DNA of 64,000 nt from Octopus vulgaris (GCA_951406725.2 OX597828.1:58714001-58778000), one strand, 5' to 3'. Positions 27,301-39,913 are shown, numbered from the stretch's first letter. Program-made: numbers and translations. Notes: generated by a model from the letters alone, not told the origin.

Positions 27301-30300
27301 GGCACAGGCATCACAACCATATGTGTGCAACATGGGGATCTCATATCAAGATAATCAGCACATGACCTTGCAGGTGGGGACCCAGTTAGAATTTTCTTCT
27401 GGTCGTGTAGCCCATCCAGCTCAAAAGGTCCCTGAATAAGGATTGTTTAAGGATGTTGAACAAAACACCCATGTTTCCAAACATGAATTATCCAAACCTC
27501 CAAGATTTCCTTTCAACACATGGTTATGATGCTCCCCCACTACTTCTGCTCATGATCAGAGATGCAGATATCATCAGCCACTAAGGGACATGGTCAACTG
27601 GTTACGGTCAAGCAACTGACAAGCAAAAAGTAGTAAGCTGGCAGTATTATAAGCATGTCAGACACAATACTTAACAGTATTTCTTCTGGTTTTACAGATT
27701 GGTTTCAAATTCCACCGAATTTGACTTTGCCTTTCATCCTTTTGGGGTCAATAAGATAAGTACCAGTTGTGTACTGGGGTCGATGTAATTGACTAGCTAA
27801 AATTTCAAGCCTTATGCCTATAGTAGAAAGATTTATTATTTTCATTATTATTAAACATTTTTTGATACTTTTAGGCAAGAGGCTTCTAGCTATGTGGTTA
27901 ACAATTTACTTTGTAACAATGCAATTCCAATTTTGATTCAATGGCTCAATAACCAAGACAAGCATCTTCTACGAATCTTCAAGTACAACTGTACCTTGTG
28001 AGTACAGTTTGGTAAAAGAAAACTGTGCGAAAGTCTGTCTTTTGATTATGGCCATACTGGTGCACCTCTTGAAGGGCTTGTTTTTAGTTGAGCAAATTAA
28101 CCTGAGTTCTTATTTTTAAGTCTGGTACTTATTCAGTCACACTTTTGTGAAGGGGATGTAAACAAACCAACACTGGTTGTCAAGTGGTGAGGCAACCACA
28201 AACACAAATGCAGAGACACATACATATATATGATGAGCTTCCATGCAATTTCTGTTGATGACCAAATTCACTCACAAGGCATTGGTCAGCTAGAAGCTAT
28301 TATAGAAGATACATGTCCAAGGTGCCACGCAGTGGGACTGAACCTGAAACCATGTGGTTGAGAAGCTATCTTCTAAACCACACTGCCATGCCTGCACCCA
28401 AGAAATGTATAGCTGTTGTTTTGAGCCTGCTTGGTGTGGGTAAGCTTTACAGTAAAGAGGAGAAACCAGGGTTTTTTTATCAATATACATAATGTCTACA
28501 AAAACATGTTCAAAATTAAATCACTTACTGTTGTCCTGTAAGAAGGATTAAAAATTGCCATTCTGAAAGCAGTTAACACTTTGGCAATTTCTGTTTCATT
28601 TGGTTTTCCTAAAAGTAACAAATAAAAATATAAATACATAATTTATCATATTGATAATAAAATTAATAATAATAATAAACCGGATATTGTTGTGAAAGAC
28701 TGAACTGAAAATTATTTGAGAATGATCCCTGGCTTGCCATCCATACAAGAAGTGCAAAAGATTGTTTTAACTGGTACGTCACACGTATTAAGAAAAGCAC
28801 TGTCATTGTAAGACTGGTTACTACATAACTTTATTTGATTTTGTGAATGAACAATCTGGTGTTTATTTTAATGGCCTATCAATGTATACAGTGTGTTTCT
28901 TTGTCCTAGGTATCAGGAAGACACACAGCAAGAAATAGAAACAAAATTGAAAGACGAATAACTCATAATAATAATCCTTTCTACTGGAGGCACAAAGCCT
29001 GAAATTTGAAGAAGGGCTGTTAGTCTAAACAATCAACCACAGGTACTTTACTAAAGTACCTGCACTTTATTTTCATCAACCATGAAAGAGTGAAAAGTAA
29101 AATTGTTTTAACAGGATTTGAACTCAGAAAGTTCAGAGCCAAATTCTGGAACAAGACCAACAATTTTGGGGGTGGCAGTAAGTCAATTACATTGACATTG
29201 GTGTCCAACAGGTACTTATTTTATCAACTCCCAAAAGGATGAAAGGCAAAGCCAACCTTGGTGGAATTTGAACTCAGAATGTGGAAACAGAGGAAATGCT
29301 GCCAAGCACTTTGCCTGGTATGCTAATGATTCTGCCATTGTGCCACCAGAATAAAGCATTTTCTCTGACACTGTAACAACTCTGCTAAATAATATATATA
29401 AAATACTGATATGATGCAATTGTTTATATGATTTTAAATTACACCATCTTATGTACGTTCCATCAACATATACTCTCTTTACTCTTTTGCTTGTTTCAGT
29501 CATTTGACTGTGGCCATGCTGGAGCACCGCCTTTAGCTGAATAAATTGACCCCAGGACTTATTCTTTGTAAGCCTAGTACTTATTCTATCAGTCCCTTAT
29601 GCCGAACTGCTAAGTTATGGAGACGTAAACACACCAGCATCGGTTGTCAAGCGATGCTGGGGGGACAAACACAGACACACAAACGTATACACACACACAC
29701 ATACATATATATATACACACACATATATACGATGGGCTTCTTTCAGTTTCCGTCTACCAAATCCACTCACAAGGCTTTGGTCGGCCTGAGGCTATAGTAG
29801 AAGACATTTGCCCAAGGTGCCACGCAGTGGGACTGAACCCGGAACCATGTGGTTTGTAAGCAAGCTACTTACCACGCAGCCACTCCTATGCCTATATAGT
29901 AATTATTGGGTATGTAATACTAAATTATGCAATCCGCATTTGTTGTCAAACCATTAGAGACCTGCAATTATTAAGCATAATTGTTGGAGCGAACATCTGA
30001 CGGTAGTAGGAGCCATCAAAGATATGACTCATGATTGCAGCAAATAGATTGTGGAAGGACACTACATATTTGTCAAAGAAAAAAAGGGACACATTTTTAT
30101 ATAGAACAGTCCATGCTGAAGCAGACATGAGAAAGAGTGTTATCAAAGTCTATGAAATATATGTGATTGTTGCCTTAGTGTCTGCTTTATTGTTTCTTCC
30201 TGACTACTGCTGTTTTATTGTGATGTATAAGTATATTTTCTCTGAAACAAAAAAAAAAAAAATAATAAAAAAAGTCTTAGGATCTTTTCGGTTTGAACGG

Positions 30301-33127
30301 CAGTTTTTAAAAATAATTTCCACGTAACTAAACACTTTTAAACTTCGTATACTGGTAGAATGTGTTTATAAAGCATCTTTTTCTCTTGGCTTTATTGAGA
30401 AAATTCTGTAGTTTGTAAGATATTTGTTGTTTTTTTCTTCAATTTCTGCAATTTCAACCAATCAATGATGTCTATTGAGGTGAAAACATTCTATGCTCTA
30501 TGAATATGTCCCTCGTTTAAGAAACATATTGGGTTTACTTACATTTCTGAAGAAAAAAAAGATACCCTCCCCTCCTAACTCTAACCCTAACCCTAAAACA
30601 GATTGAAATGCAATAGATCGATATTAGGGTCATAATTATGGGTGACAATTTCATATGACACCGCTAGAAAAAACTGCCGTTCAAACTGATAAGCTCCAAG
30701 TCTTATACTTACCGGAGTCTACAGGTTCTTTCACATTTTTCTTCACAGCATAAACCATAGAACCATTCTTCACACCATATGATTCTAAAGTCTTTGTTCT
30801 TTGTAAACAATTACCACAATAAACCAATTCTGTTGGTAAGAAGAAAAAAAACCAATGCATAATTTGTCTTTCTAAAGCAAAACACTGATTTTTGTAGGGA
30901 AACAATAGATTTTGTATAATATTCTAAGGTATTTGCTTGACTTAAGAAGGATGAAAAGCAAAAGGTGAACCTGTGCCCCACCATACAAAAATGATTGTTG
31001 AACTTGGGGCCTAGAAGGAGAAAATTAAATAATGTAACGCATATATACTAAAACTCTATTATCATTTGTTGTTCAGAGATATTCAACTTAGCTGTAGGTA
31101 ACAAATGAGATCACATTTTCTGAATTCAGAACAACTTTGCTTTTAATTAGTCTATAGTCAACAAACAAGCCTGTCATATATCACTGTTCCACATCAACAA
31201 TTAAAGGTTTGCTCCAAAAATCGGCAACACTGTGACAACTAACTTTCTTCAGGTTGAAATTCTTGTGTTGTCTTTTAATAAAGTTGTCCTGAATGACAAG
31301 CACTACCTTCATGAATTTAATCGAACAAATCGATTCCAATACTTATAATTTTTTCTCAGTTTGGTACTTATTTTGTTGGTCCCTTTTTGCCAAAATGCTG
31401 AATTAAGGACGTAAACAAACCAACACCAGCTGTCAAGCAGTGGTGTGTGTGTGTGTGTGGGGGGGGGGGCAAACACAAAAGATGCACATGCACACACACA
31501 TATATATATATACAAGGTACTACTTGAGAACAGTGGACCCGGTGAGCGCACTCGCGTATCCGCCCTAGCTAGTCATGACTAGTCGATCCTTACTTTGTGT
31601 TTTTGTGTGTTATTTACTTTGTTTAAAAAATTATTTACCTTGTGTTTTTGTTTTATTTATTTTGTTTTATTTATTTTGCTAGGTAGTCGTTTTAGGATCG
31701 ACTGGTCCTGACTAGCTAGCGCGAGTGCGTGCACCGGGACCACTGTTCTCAAGTAGTCCCTATATACAACAGGTTTCTTTCAGTTTCCATCAACCAAATC
31801 TACTTACACAAGATTTGGTCAGGTGAGGGCTATAGTAGAAGACACTTGCTACAAAGTGGGACTGAACCTGGAACCATGTAGTTGGGAAAAATATTGTTTT
31901 TATAAATAGATCTGACCTGTGAGCTATAATTTCATATCTCAAATACAGAGGTTCCCTAATTATTTAATTACAGATCACCTCTGACCACACAGACCAATGA
32001 TCAAAAGCATGACATTGTTTTCTCTTTATGATTCTACAAAATTATACCATAAATCCACAAAAACTGTCGAAAAAAGTAAAAACTCTTTTCTTTTGCTCAC
32101 ATTTATCATATATGATACTCAAAACATATAGACCTGAAGAAGTTACAGTTGTTTTAGAGCAGATAATTTTCGACTCTATTCTTAAGGGATGCCTTTTAAT
32201 TTATTATTTATTTCCCAAAAGTCTACGATGCTAATACGATATCAACGAAATGCAATAAAGCAGTTATCATGCTATACATATTTGGTTGCTGAAATGATGT
32301 TTTCTGTTTAAAAAATCTCATCAAAAATATAATTCTACAGCTACACACACATATAAACCTCGCTGAGAATTAACTGGAATTATAGCTCAAGGTCTGTTTT
32401 TGGTGATGCGTTAGGGCTGATGGCAAAACAGCTATCTCTATAGACATCAATATAAATGTTATATGAATGCCAACAGCAAGAAACTTTTGTATAAATTGCT
32501 TTCAAATATTTTAATTGACACAAATTTTTGACATGAAGTGCAACGAATTAAGTAAACACGTATAAATGCTTGGGATATATTTTCGTAACCATCTCATATT
32601 TACAGGTTCTTATATCGAAATATATGATTTATGTTAATTTTGGATAATTAAAAAAAATGTTAAGTTCTACTGCAAAGATTTATTTCTATTGATTAAATAA
32701 ATCGTCAGCTGAGAGAGAATTTTTAAATAAATCTGTATACTTTCGTTAGATTCGTATAAAAGAGGCTGAACTAAATAGAGTCAAAAATGCATTAATTATT
32801 AAGATAGTTAAAATATAATTAACCCTATACTTAGTTTTTGTTTCTAAACTGCGTGAATTCGTGGATATTCAATTTCAAAATCTGGACCCAAGAAACACAA
32901 TTTCGTTAAACAAGCAAAAAAATGAAAACAACATTTTTTTATTTACAAAAATCAGTTCACTTTATCTCCATAACCAAAGCGAAAAAAATCTTACCAATTT
33001 CTTTGTCTGATAGAGTAACATTTTCCGAAATTCGGTTTATAAATTCGTTGACCATAGAATTCAGATCGATTGACTCCAACTGGAAACGATTTTGATCAAA
33101 GAAACATCGAACGTTGATGGTGGCCAT
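15378..33127 (-). CDS. UBL7: Ubiquitin-like protein 7 (N-terminal UBL, C-terminal UBA), 10 coding exons, 333 aa
   Basis: Exons 33127-32995, 30829-30713, 28608-28529, 26990-26906, 24787-24730, 23167-23067, 22128-22049, 21172-21059, 17668-17570, 15512-15378. All introns GT-AG, phases compatible, total 1002 nt. Motifs ELVYCG..L...KTLESYGVKNGSMV, TPGLAND, HPAF, ITASQLAAALAAAS and QLQQLRDMGITDE..ALHALQEAGGDIQAALEYIF match UBL7 as I recall it. Confidence 0.93.
17570..17668 (-). CDS. UBL7: UBL7 coding exon 9
   Basis: DAASTSDSIGASPPISSDFFQQAMVHAQYVATQ; AG/GTAAG. Confidence 0.9.
18900..19335 (-). mobile_element. tRNA-headed element with hammerhead-like core, interrupted by an RTE tail
   Basis: Head GCATAGTGGTTAAGAGC...AAGTTTAATTCC at 19335-19262; CTGATGA-stem-GAAA at 19031-18986. 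Confidence 0.55.
21059..21172 (-). CDS. UBL7: UBL7 coding exon 8
   Basis: LDGSSIQGITASQLAAALAAASVPAGFSDPSTSGARMS; AG/GTAAG. Confidence 0.9.
22049..22128 (-). CDS. UBL7: UBL7 coding exon 7
   Basis: AAYSLDQMSDDEESASPLHTQEQSPLQ; long polyT tract, AG/GTAAG. Confidence 0.9.
22635..23020 (-). mobile_element. tRNA-derived SINE family B (GGCGCAGGAGTGGCTGTGTGG head), representative copy
   Basis: Copies at 29475-29893(-), 48220-48628(+), 62126-62499(+), 28030-28400(-); internal (CA/TA)n; GAGTAAA-type tail. Confidence 0.85.
23067..23167 (-). CDS. UBL7: UBL7 coding exon 6
   Basis: QIIDEHPAFYHVAQLIAATVNEQGAKAGESFLSS; AG/GTGAG. Confidence 0.9.
23569..23790 (+). mobile_element. tRNA-derived SINE family A (GGCGGCGAGCTGGCAGAA head), representative copy
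   Basis: B-box GAGTTCAAATT and shared body GACTTTGCCTTTCATCCTTTCGGGGTCGAT. Copies at 43274-43511(+), 17752-17957(+), 16108-16325(-), 14112-14298(-) and many degenerate ones. Confidence 0.85.
24341..24462 (+). repeat. Inverted duplicate of UBL7 exon 8 3' part plus intron 8 donor (partner 21008-21129)
   Basis: 122 bp, reverse complement of 21008-21129 with 2 substitutions by manual alignment. Confidence 0.95.
24730..24787 (-). CDS. UBL7: UBL7 coding exon 5
   Basis: IMFQDLKLLLQLHKTKQIR; phase 1 to phase 2 bridges exons 4 and 6. Confidence 0.85.
26906..26990 (-). CDS. UBL7: UBL7 coding exon 4
   Basis: VENMLMDSDAVENLILTTPGLANDMTVL; AG/GTAAG. Confidence 0.9.
28529..28608 (-). CDS. UBL7: UBL7 coding exon 3
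   Basis: GKPNETEIAKVLTAFRMAIFNPSYRTT; AG/GTAAG. Confidence 0.88.
28690..28975 (+). mobile_element. 3' end of an R4/Dong-like LINE in a (TAA)n tract
   Basis: NYLRMIPGLPSIQEVQKIVLTGTSHVLRKALSL-stop (28710-28811) resembles the C-terminus of REL-endonuclease LINEs; (AAT)n on both sides. Confidence 0.65.
30280..30697. mobile_element. MITE, TIR GGATCTTTTCGGTTTGAACGGCAGTTTTT
   Basis: Imperfect TIRs, internal CCCTAA motifs; near-identical copy at 33250-33646 and a related inverted element ending at 18643. Confidence 0.8.
30713..30829 (-). CDS. UBL7: UBL7 coding exon 2
   Basis: ELVYCGNCLQRTKTLESYGVKNGSMVYAVKKNVKEPVDS; AG/GTAAG. Confidence 0.93.
31515..31761. mobile_element. MITE with long imperfect GC-rich TIRs nested in a SINE
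   Basis: ACTACTTGAGAACAGTGG...CCACTGTTCTCAAGTAGT; arms of about 70 bp around a T-rich core. Confidence 0.8.
32995..33127 (-). CDS. UBL7: UBL7 coding exon 1
   Basis: AAAATGGCC start; MATINVRCFFDQNRFQLESIDLNSMVNEFINRISENVTLSDKEI; GTAAG donor. Confidence 0.85.
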
Positions 33128-33148
33128 TTTGTTAAGAACATCAACCCA

Positions 33149-33169
33149 ACTTCCGGTTTACTTCCCAAT
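33149..33169 (-). promoter_or_regulatory. UBL7 proximal promoter motifs (ETS site CCGGAAGT, CCAAT)
   Basis: ACTTCCGG at 33149-33156 and CCAAT at 33165-33169, 20-45 bp upstream of the ATG. Confidence 0.45.
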
Positions 33170-33249
33170 TGGCTTTTTTATGCAATAAATACCATTGTTT
33201 TGCAAATTAATATTCAATATCAGATAAAACGAATGACATAAAACCTATC

Positions 33250-33646
33250 GGATCTTTTCGGTTTGACCGGCAGTTTTTTAAAATAATTCCACGTAACTAA
33301 ACACTTTTAAACTTCGTATACTGGTAGAATGTGTTTATAAAACATCTTTTTCTCTTGGCTTTATTGAGAAAATTCTATAGTTTGTAAGATACTTGTTTTT
33401 TTTTTTCTTCAATTTCTGCAATTTCAACCAATCAATGACGTTTACTGAGGTGAAAGCATTCTGTGCCGCATGAATATGTCCCTCGTTTAAGAAACAGATT
33501 GGGTTTATTTACATTTCTGAAGAAAAAAAAAATACCCATGCCCCACCCCTAACCCTAACTCTAAAACAGATTGAAATGCAATAGATCGATACTAGGGTCA
33601 TAATTATGGGTGACAATTTCATATGCTGTTCAAACCTAAAAGATCC
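33250..33646. mobile_element. MITE, same family as 30280-30697
   Basis: GGATCTTTTC...AAAAGATCC; about 120 bp upstream of the UBL7 ATG. Confidence 0.8.
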
Positions 33647-33852
33647 AATTAAAATTTAATGCTTACAAAATGAGAAAAATAGAACTTACAGCATTTTTAA
33701 AATCTTTTACTTGTTTCAGACATTAGACAGCGACCATGCTGGGGCACCACCTTTAAGAATTTTCAGTTGAATGAAAGAAACAAGCATAGAACATGAGATG
33801 TAGTTTGGTTCATTGGTGGGGCGTAATATGTAATGTGTAGATGGAGAACATA

Positions 33853-34280
33853 TACGAAGAGGTGCTGAAAAGTTCCTGGTTTTGTGTAAAAGAAAATACA
33901 GGAGGATCAGTTAATTGTGATCTTATGTAATGTATTTCATTCTCAAATTCACAATCTAATCATAGCGGCCCTTCAGTTTTTCTAAGCCCTGAAAAAGAAA
34001 CAGGTCTTTTGTGATACCCTTAAAACTAGAAACGTTTCAGCACCCCTTGTGTGTGTGTGTGTGTATGAAAACAAGGGAGTGCTGAAAAGTTCCTGGTTTT
34101 GGATTTTAAAAAAACTATAGGAGGATCAGTTAATTTTTATTTTATTCAACATATTCCCATCTTAGATTGGTGCACTTATTGCAGCATTCTTCAGTTTTTC
34201 TAAGCCCTGTAAAAGAACTTGGAAGGTTGGGTGTCAAACCAGGCCTTTTGTGGTACCCTTAAAAGAAGGAACTCCCTCAT
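33853..34280. mobile_element. Two tandem mariner-like MITEs of about 200 bp
   Basis: Both begin G(A/G)GTGCTGAAAAGTTCCTGG; the first ends TTTCAGCACCCC. Confidence 0.65.
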
Positions 34281-34329
34281 AATACATAGCACTTCCAAAA
34301 TTCAATTCCACTAAGGTGGGTGGATCTTC

Positions 34330-37300
34330 TCAAGAACCTCATGTCATTAGACATCTTGAGCCATTGCCATCTCTTCTATGCCACTCAGTATCTTCAGACT
34401 GGCCTTCACTATTTCATCTCAATCATCCTTTCCATCCACTTTAAGTGATTGGCACTTCCTTATAGAGTTGTCCTCATACAAATGACCAAACCATCATAGT
34501 CTTCTTTCTTGCAGCCTGCATCTTTTACTCTTGCATACCTAACTTCTCTCTCTACACTGATGTTGCACATCCACTGGAGCATACTAACTTCATTCCTTTC
34601 TAGTCTATGTGTATCCACTGCTTTCAGGGCCCATGTTTCGCAACCATAGAACATAACAATTCATACACATGCATCATATAATTTGCTTTTCACTGAGAGA
34701 GAGAGAGAGAGACAGAGGCCTTTTGTTGCCAGCAGAAGTTATAGCTCTCTGAACTTTCTCCATCCTATTCTTGTACTAACAACTCTACATTTAGAACATC
34801 CTCCTCCACAACTAATTTGGTCACCTAAGTAACAGAAACCGTCTGCAACCTACAGGGAACTTCCTGGGGTTTTAAGAAAATCTAATTCCTATGTGTTCTT
34901 AGTGTTTATTGTTCCTGTGCATCTGCCACATACAAAGACAACTTTCTCTGTTAATCAATCTGTGATTCTATCACACTTCTTAAGGGTTTACAGCTTGCAC
35001 TGAATTCCTTCCAACACCTTTTCTACATATTGTGCAGGGATTTTTATTTGACACAAAGAGATTATTATCCACTTTCTTGCTAACAACAACTTTGATCTTC
35101 ACTTGGTTAGCTTTAAAACCCTTTGATTCCAGGTTTTGCTTCCATACCTGGAATTTCTTTTTGAATTCTGCTAAAGATTTCACTATAAGAGTGAGGCCAT
35201 TAGCATATAGCAATTCCCATGAGCAGCCAGTCTTAAATTTCTTTGTTATGGCCTGGAGGACTATGATGATGAATGAAAGGAGACTGAGAACTGAGCCCAG
35301 GGGAACTCTTACATGTACACTAAATTGATCATTGTACTAATGGCTAATTCTCACTTTACTAACAACACCCCTATGCATGGCTTGTATAGCTGTAATAAGC
35401 CAGACAACCAGATAATAAACCATAGGAATCTGCCAAAGGCTTTCTCTAAGCCTGGGGTCAGGGAACTTTTTAACCAGTTACCCCAAAATTTATTTATTTA
35501 CATCAATGTTACCCCTTGATTTAAAAGGAAGATTCTTTGAATTGAAAAGAATTATTGAATCTATTTATATGGAAAATGCAATTATAAATATAGAAAGTAC
35601 AAAACAAATGTGATAAAATAAATTAATATTCTCATTATGAAACAAAAGGATTTTTCTAGAAACTTTTTCCCTTTAGGCTCCTGTGCCGGTGACATGTAAA
35701 AAGCACCCATGACACTCTCGGAGTGGTTGGCATTAGGAAGGGCATCCAGCTGTAGAAACATTGCCAGATCAGACTGGAGCCTGGTGCAGCCCACTGGCTT
35801 ATCAGACCTCAGTCAAACCATCCAACCCATGCCAGCATGGAAAGCAGACGTTAAACAACGATGATGATGATGATGATGCTTTGGAGAAATCATGTTTCAT
35901 TTTTATTACAATTACATCAAAATTCGAGCATTTTGATGCCAAAGCATTTTGGATACAGTCTTCGGGGGGTTCAATAGATTACTCTGCTTTGTTTTGATGT
36001 TCATTAGAGTGGAAAACCCTTGTTTGCAAAAGTAGGTGGTTGCAAAAGCCAGCAACGTTTTTCACTGCCTCCTCATACCAAAAAAAAAAAAATTTTTTTG
36101 TCATAACAAGGAATATGTTTTTTTTTAAATATAATTTTACTAATGTCTAATGACTCTTCATTACCCCCAGGAATTTCTTTTTACCCCATTTGGGGTAATT
36201 TACCCTGGTTCACCAACCCTTGCCAATGAATGATCAGTACAACGGTTTACATTTGGCCAAATACTTCTCCTCTAGCTTTTAACTAGGAAGATGGCATTTG
36301 TAATATTCCTCCTTGGCACAAAATCAAACTGCATCTCATCTAGTCTGATTTTGTTCCTAATCATGCTGTAACTCTCTCTGTAACTTTTATGACCTGTCCT
36401 ACAGTTTGATACCTCTGTGATTGTTTCTTTAAATCATCTCCTTTACGCTTGTAACCACTAACTATAATGCTACTACTCCAGTCATTAGATATGACACCTT
36501 CCTGTATCACCTGATTAACTATACAGGTTACTAAGCTGTATCCTATTCCACCAGATATTTTAAGCTTCTCAATGGTAATTTGCAATAGTCCAGAGGCTGT
36601 CCTAGTCTCCATATCCTTCGTTGCTTTATTTATCATACTGCTGTCAACTCTGACGGCTGGCCCTCAGGTGGGTCCATATTAAGGGGACATTCCCTCTCCT
36701 ATACGTTCTCCAAGTTTCATAACTTTTCATAGAGGCATTTCTAATAAGTGCAAGCATACCAGTATTCATTCACACACATTTCTCATCCACAACATCTCTA
36801 TTATCTTTGATACATTGCCTACCAACCCAGAACACCACATGCTCTAGAACTTTGGCAAATATCCTACTTTCTACTCCTCCCTCTGCCATGTAAACTTGTT
36901 GCCTAGCTTCCCCTCTTCTTATTTGATATAATTCTCTGCTGCTATCATTTTTCTAGACCTGCTTTTATAGCGTGATTGTTGCCAGAGCAGCCAACCGGCT
37001 TCCGTACCTGTGGCACGTAAAAGGGCACCATTTGAGCGTGATCGTTACCAACATTGCCTTACTGGCACCTGTGCTGGTGGCATGTGTAAAAAGATTTGAG
37101 CGAGGTCATTGCCAGTATCGCCTGACTGGCCCCCGTGCTGGTGGCATGTAAAAAGCACCCACTACACTCTCGGAGTGGTTGGCGTTAGGAAGGGCATCCA
37201 GCTGTAGAAACTCTGCCAAATCAAGATTGGAGCTTGGTGCAGTCATCTGGTTCGCCAGCCCTCAGTCAAAATCATCCAACCCATGCCAGCATGGAAAGCG

Positions 37301-37560
37301 GACGTTAAACGATGATGATGATGTCTACCTTTTTGCTCCATCACCCTCGACTTGGTTGCACCAGTCACAGATTTGGTCTGTAGCCCTTAGTTGGTTGTCC
37401 TGCATGAACTTCCAGTTGTCATCTAAACTGTATGTTCCCAATTCCTCCATTAGAATATCTCTAAACTTCTGCTAGTTTGCTGCGGTCTTTGAGCTTCTAT
37501 AGACTGGTTTGTTTCTTTGAGTCTTTCTAGCTTTGATTCTGAAGTCACTAACAACTAACA
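34330..37560 (-). mobile_element. Old degenerate RTE LINE between the two genes, interrupted by later insertions
   Basis: Fragments FYGCETWAL, LLYANGLTLI, VIQEGVISNDW collinear with the 46-48 kb element; interrupted near 35450-36220 and 36968-37323. Confidence 0.8.
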
Positions 37561-37998
37561 TAGCTATGCATGTGTGTGTGTGTGTGTGTGTGTTGTAAAC
37601 AACATAGTAAGATGTTGGTTTTTGTTTCGCGCAAAACGTTTAAGTGCTCGATTCGTACCTACAAAAATCTCGTAGTGCGCAGTAGATATATAGGGAACAA
37701 CAAGTCACCCAATGGGAATAAAGATATGCGGAGTTAAGCCTGTATATTACTACATTGATTTTATAGCGAAATAGAGACGGGAGAAAGTGAGAAAGGTGGT
37801 AGAGAGGGGAGAAAGAGAAGAGGAGAGAAAGGGAGAAAGAGGGGAAAGAAATAGAGGAGGAAGGAAGAGAGGGGAATGGATAGATAGAAATATATATGTG
37901 CTGAATGCCATGAGGTGAACGACTTATTTCTATTATCTCAATACATGTGTCAAGGGAGGATAACTTCCTAGTTACCGATCATCTCCCTTGATTACGTA

Positions 37999-38020
37999 AA
38001 CATGGCGTTGCTACCATAAC
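37999..38020 (+). promoter_or_regulatory. CLUAP1 promoter: YY1-like AACATGGCG overlapping an RFX X-box-like GTTGCTACCATAAC
   Basis: Motifs 43-64 bp upstream of the ATG of a ciliary gene; one X-box half-site (GTTGCT) matches consensus. Confidence 0.45.
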
Positions 38021-38062
38021 TTTAAACTATTCTATTTATTGTATTACCAAAATTCCACTAAA

Positions 38063-38084
38063 ATGTCTTACCGTGACCTTCGAA
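38063..38084 (+). CDS. CLUAP1: CLUAP1 coding exon 1
   Basis: ATG TCT TAC CGT GAC CTT CGA A then GTAAGT (MSYRDLR). Confidence 0.92.
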
Positions 38085-39228
38085 GTAAGTTATTTTCAGA
38101 TATGAATAATATTTACTTCCTATTTTGTCATTGAACATACTTTTTGCTTCAGTATAAGTTCACGAAAATGTTGTTAGTTTGTTGTTTGTTGTAATTATTT
38201 TGTTGCTAAGCAAAATTCGGAGCTAAAATTACTAAAATTACTATCTTTTATGTAGTTTCGATAAATCAAGAAACAAAACTATTTTGTTTGTAAATCTCAA
38301 AGACATGATTCATATTTGTTGTAATAGGTGTAAAACAACATGTAACCAAATATAAAAAAAAGGGCAGAAACTGGAGTTTAACCGTTGTTGTTGTATGCGA
38401 ATGACTTACAGTGTTAATTTAATTTCAATGTCTTGTTATCTCTTGAATTATTTAAGTCTTATTTTTATCGCCTTTTTATTATATATATAACACAAAACAT
38501 TAACAAACAAATCCAAAACCGAAGAAAATACAAACATGAGCGAAGAAGAAAAAAAAAATGAGGAAAAGCAGGAAGAAATAAATAAAGAAAAAAAGTTTCG
38601 GTTGAACTTGTCCAGTGGCTCAAATGGTCTTCCAGTGGCTCAAATGGTCATCCACTGGCTCAAATGGTTGCACAGCAGAACGTTCGACGTAACCTTCTGA
38701 AGCAACCCAACACGCTGGCAGTATAACGACGGGAGATGGGGTTGCTAAGGCATTGCAACAGCCAAGACACTCATGGGCATCACTTGACACTGCCGTCAGG
38801 CCTATCATCTCTAGGTAGATAGGAGTAGTTTGCCGAACGACTAGGTACAATCTCACGACATGGTTCATCTTATGGGTGGAGTGTAGCAGTTCGAATCTGT
38901 TGCTTTTTATCTAATTTTCATTTTCTTTTTGTAAGCCTTGTAAGTTCTGATGATGTTTATAACAGAGACTAACAGGTGTATTCGATCGGAACATGCTCGT
39001 ATATATATATATAAAACAAGAAAGAAGAAAAAATGTGTTTATATCTATGCAGTTGGTCAGTTCTTTCAATAGAAGATGACAAGTTGATTCTGTTGAGTTG
39101 TGTCCCTTCTCTCTGTACCAGACTGAAAAATGAAGTGAGAATGATGTCAACTACAAACTCTGGGAACAGTGAAATTAGTGAAACTACTTGAAGTTTAGCA
39201 TATATATACATATATATATATATATATG

Positions 39229-39280
<52 letters not shown>

Positions 39281-39707
39281 GACAGACAGAGCCGAAATTG
39301 CGAGGATGATCCGGTTCTTGACTGAAGATTTGAGGCTTCGAATGACCTGTCCCTGTTTTTTGTATTGTCTATTTGAATGTTTTGCGTTCTTGTCCCATTT
39401 TGTATTTTTATATATATACACATACATATATATATACATATATACATATATATATATATATACATCATCATCATCATCATCGTCGTCGTTTAACATCCGC
39501 TTTCCATGCTAGCATGGGTTGGACGGTTCAACTGGGATCTGTGAAGCCAGAAGGCTGCAGCAGGCTCAGTCAGATCTGGCAGTGTTTCTACGGCTGGATG
39601 CCCTTCCTAACGCCAACCACTCCGTGAGTGTAGTGGGTGCTTTTTACATGCCACCAGCACAGGTGCCAGACGGAGCTGGCAAACGGCCACGGACGGATTG
39701 GTGCTTT

Positions 39708-39756
<49 letters not shown>

Positions 39757-39864
39757 CACATACATATATAGAAAAATAAACCCCCAAAACCCTCAGATTA
39801 TGAGGAAATAATTTATGGTTTGCATCAACAAACAGAATAAATAAAATTCGCAAAATATTTCTAC

Positions 39865-39913
<49 letters not shown>

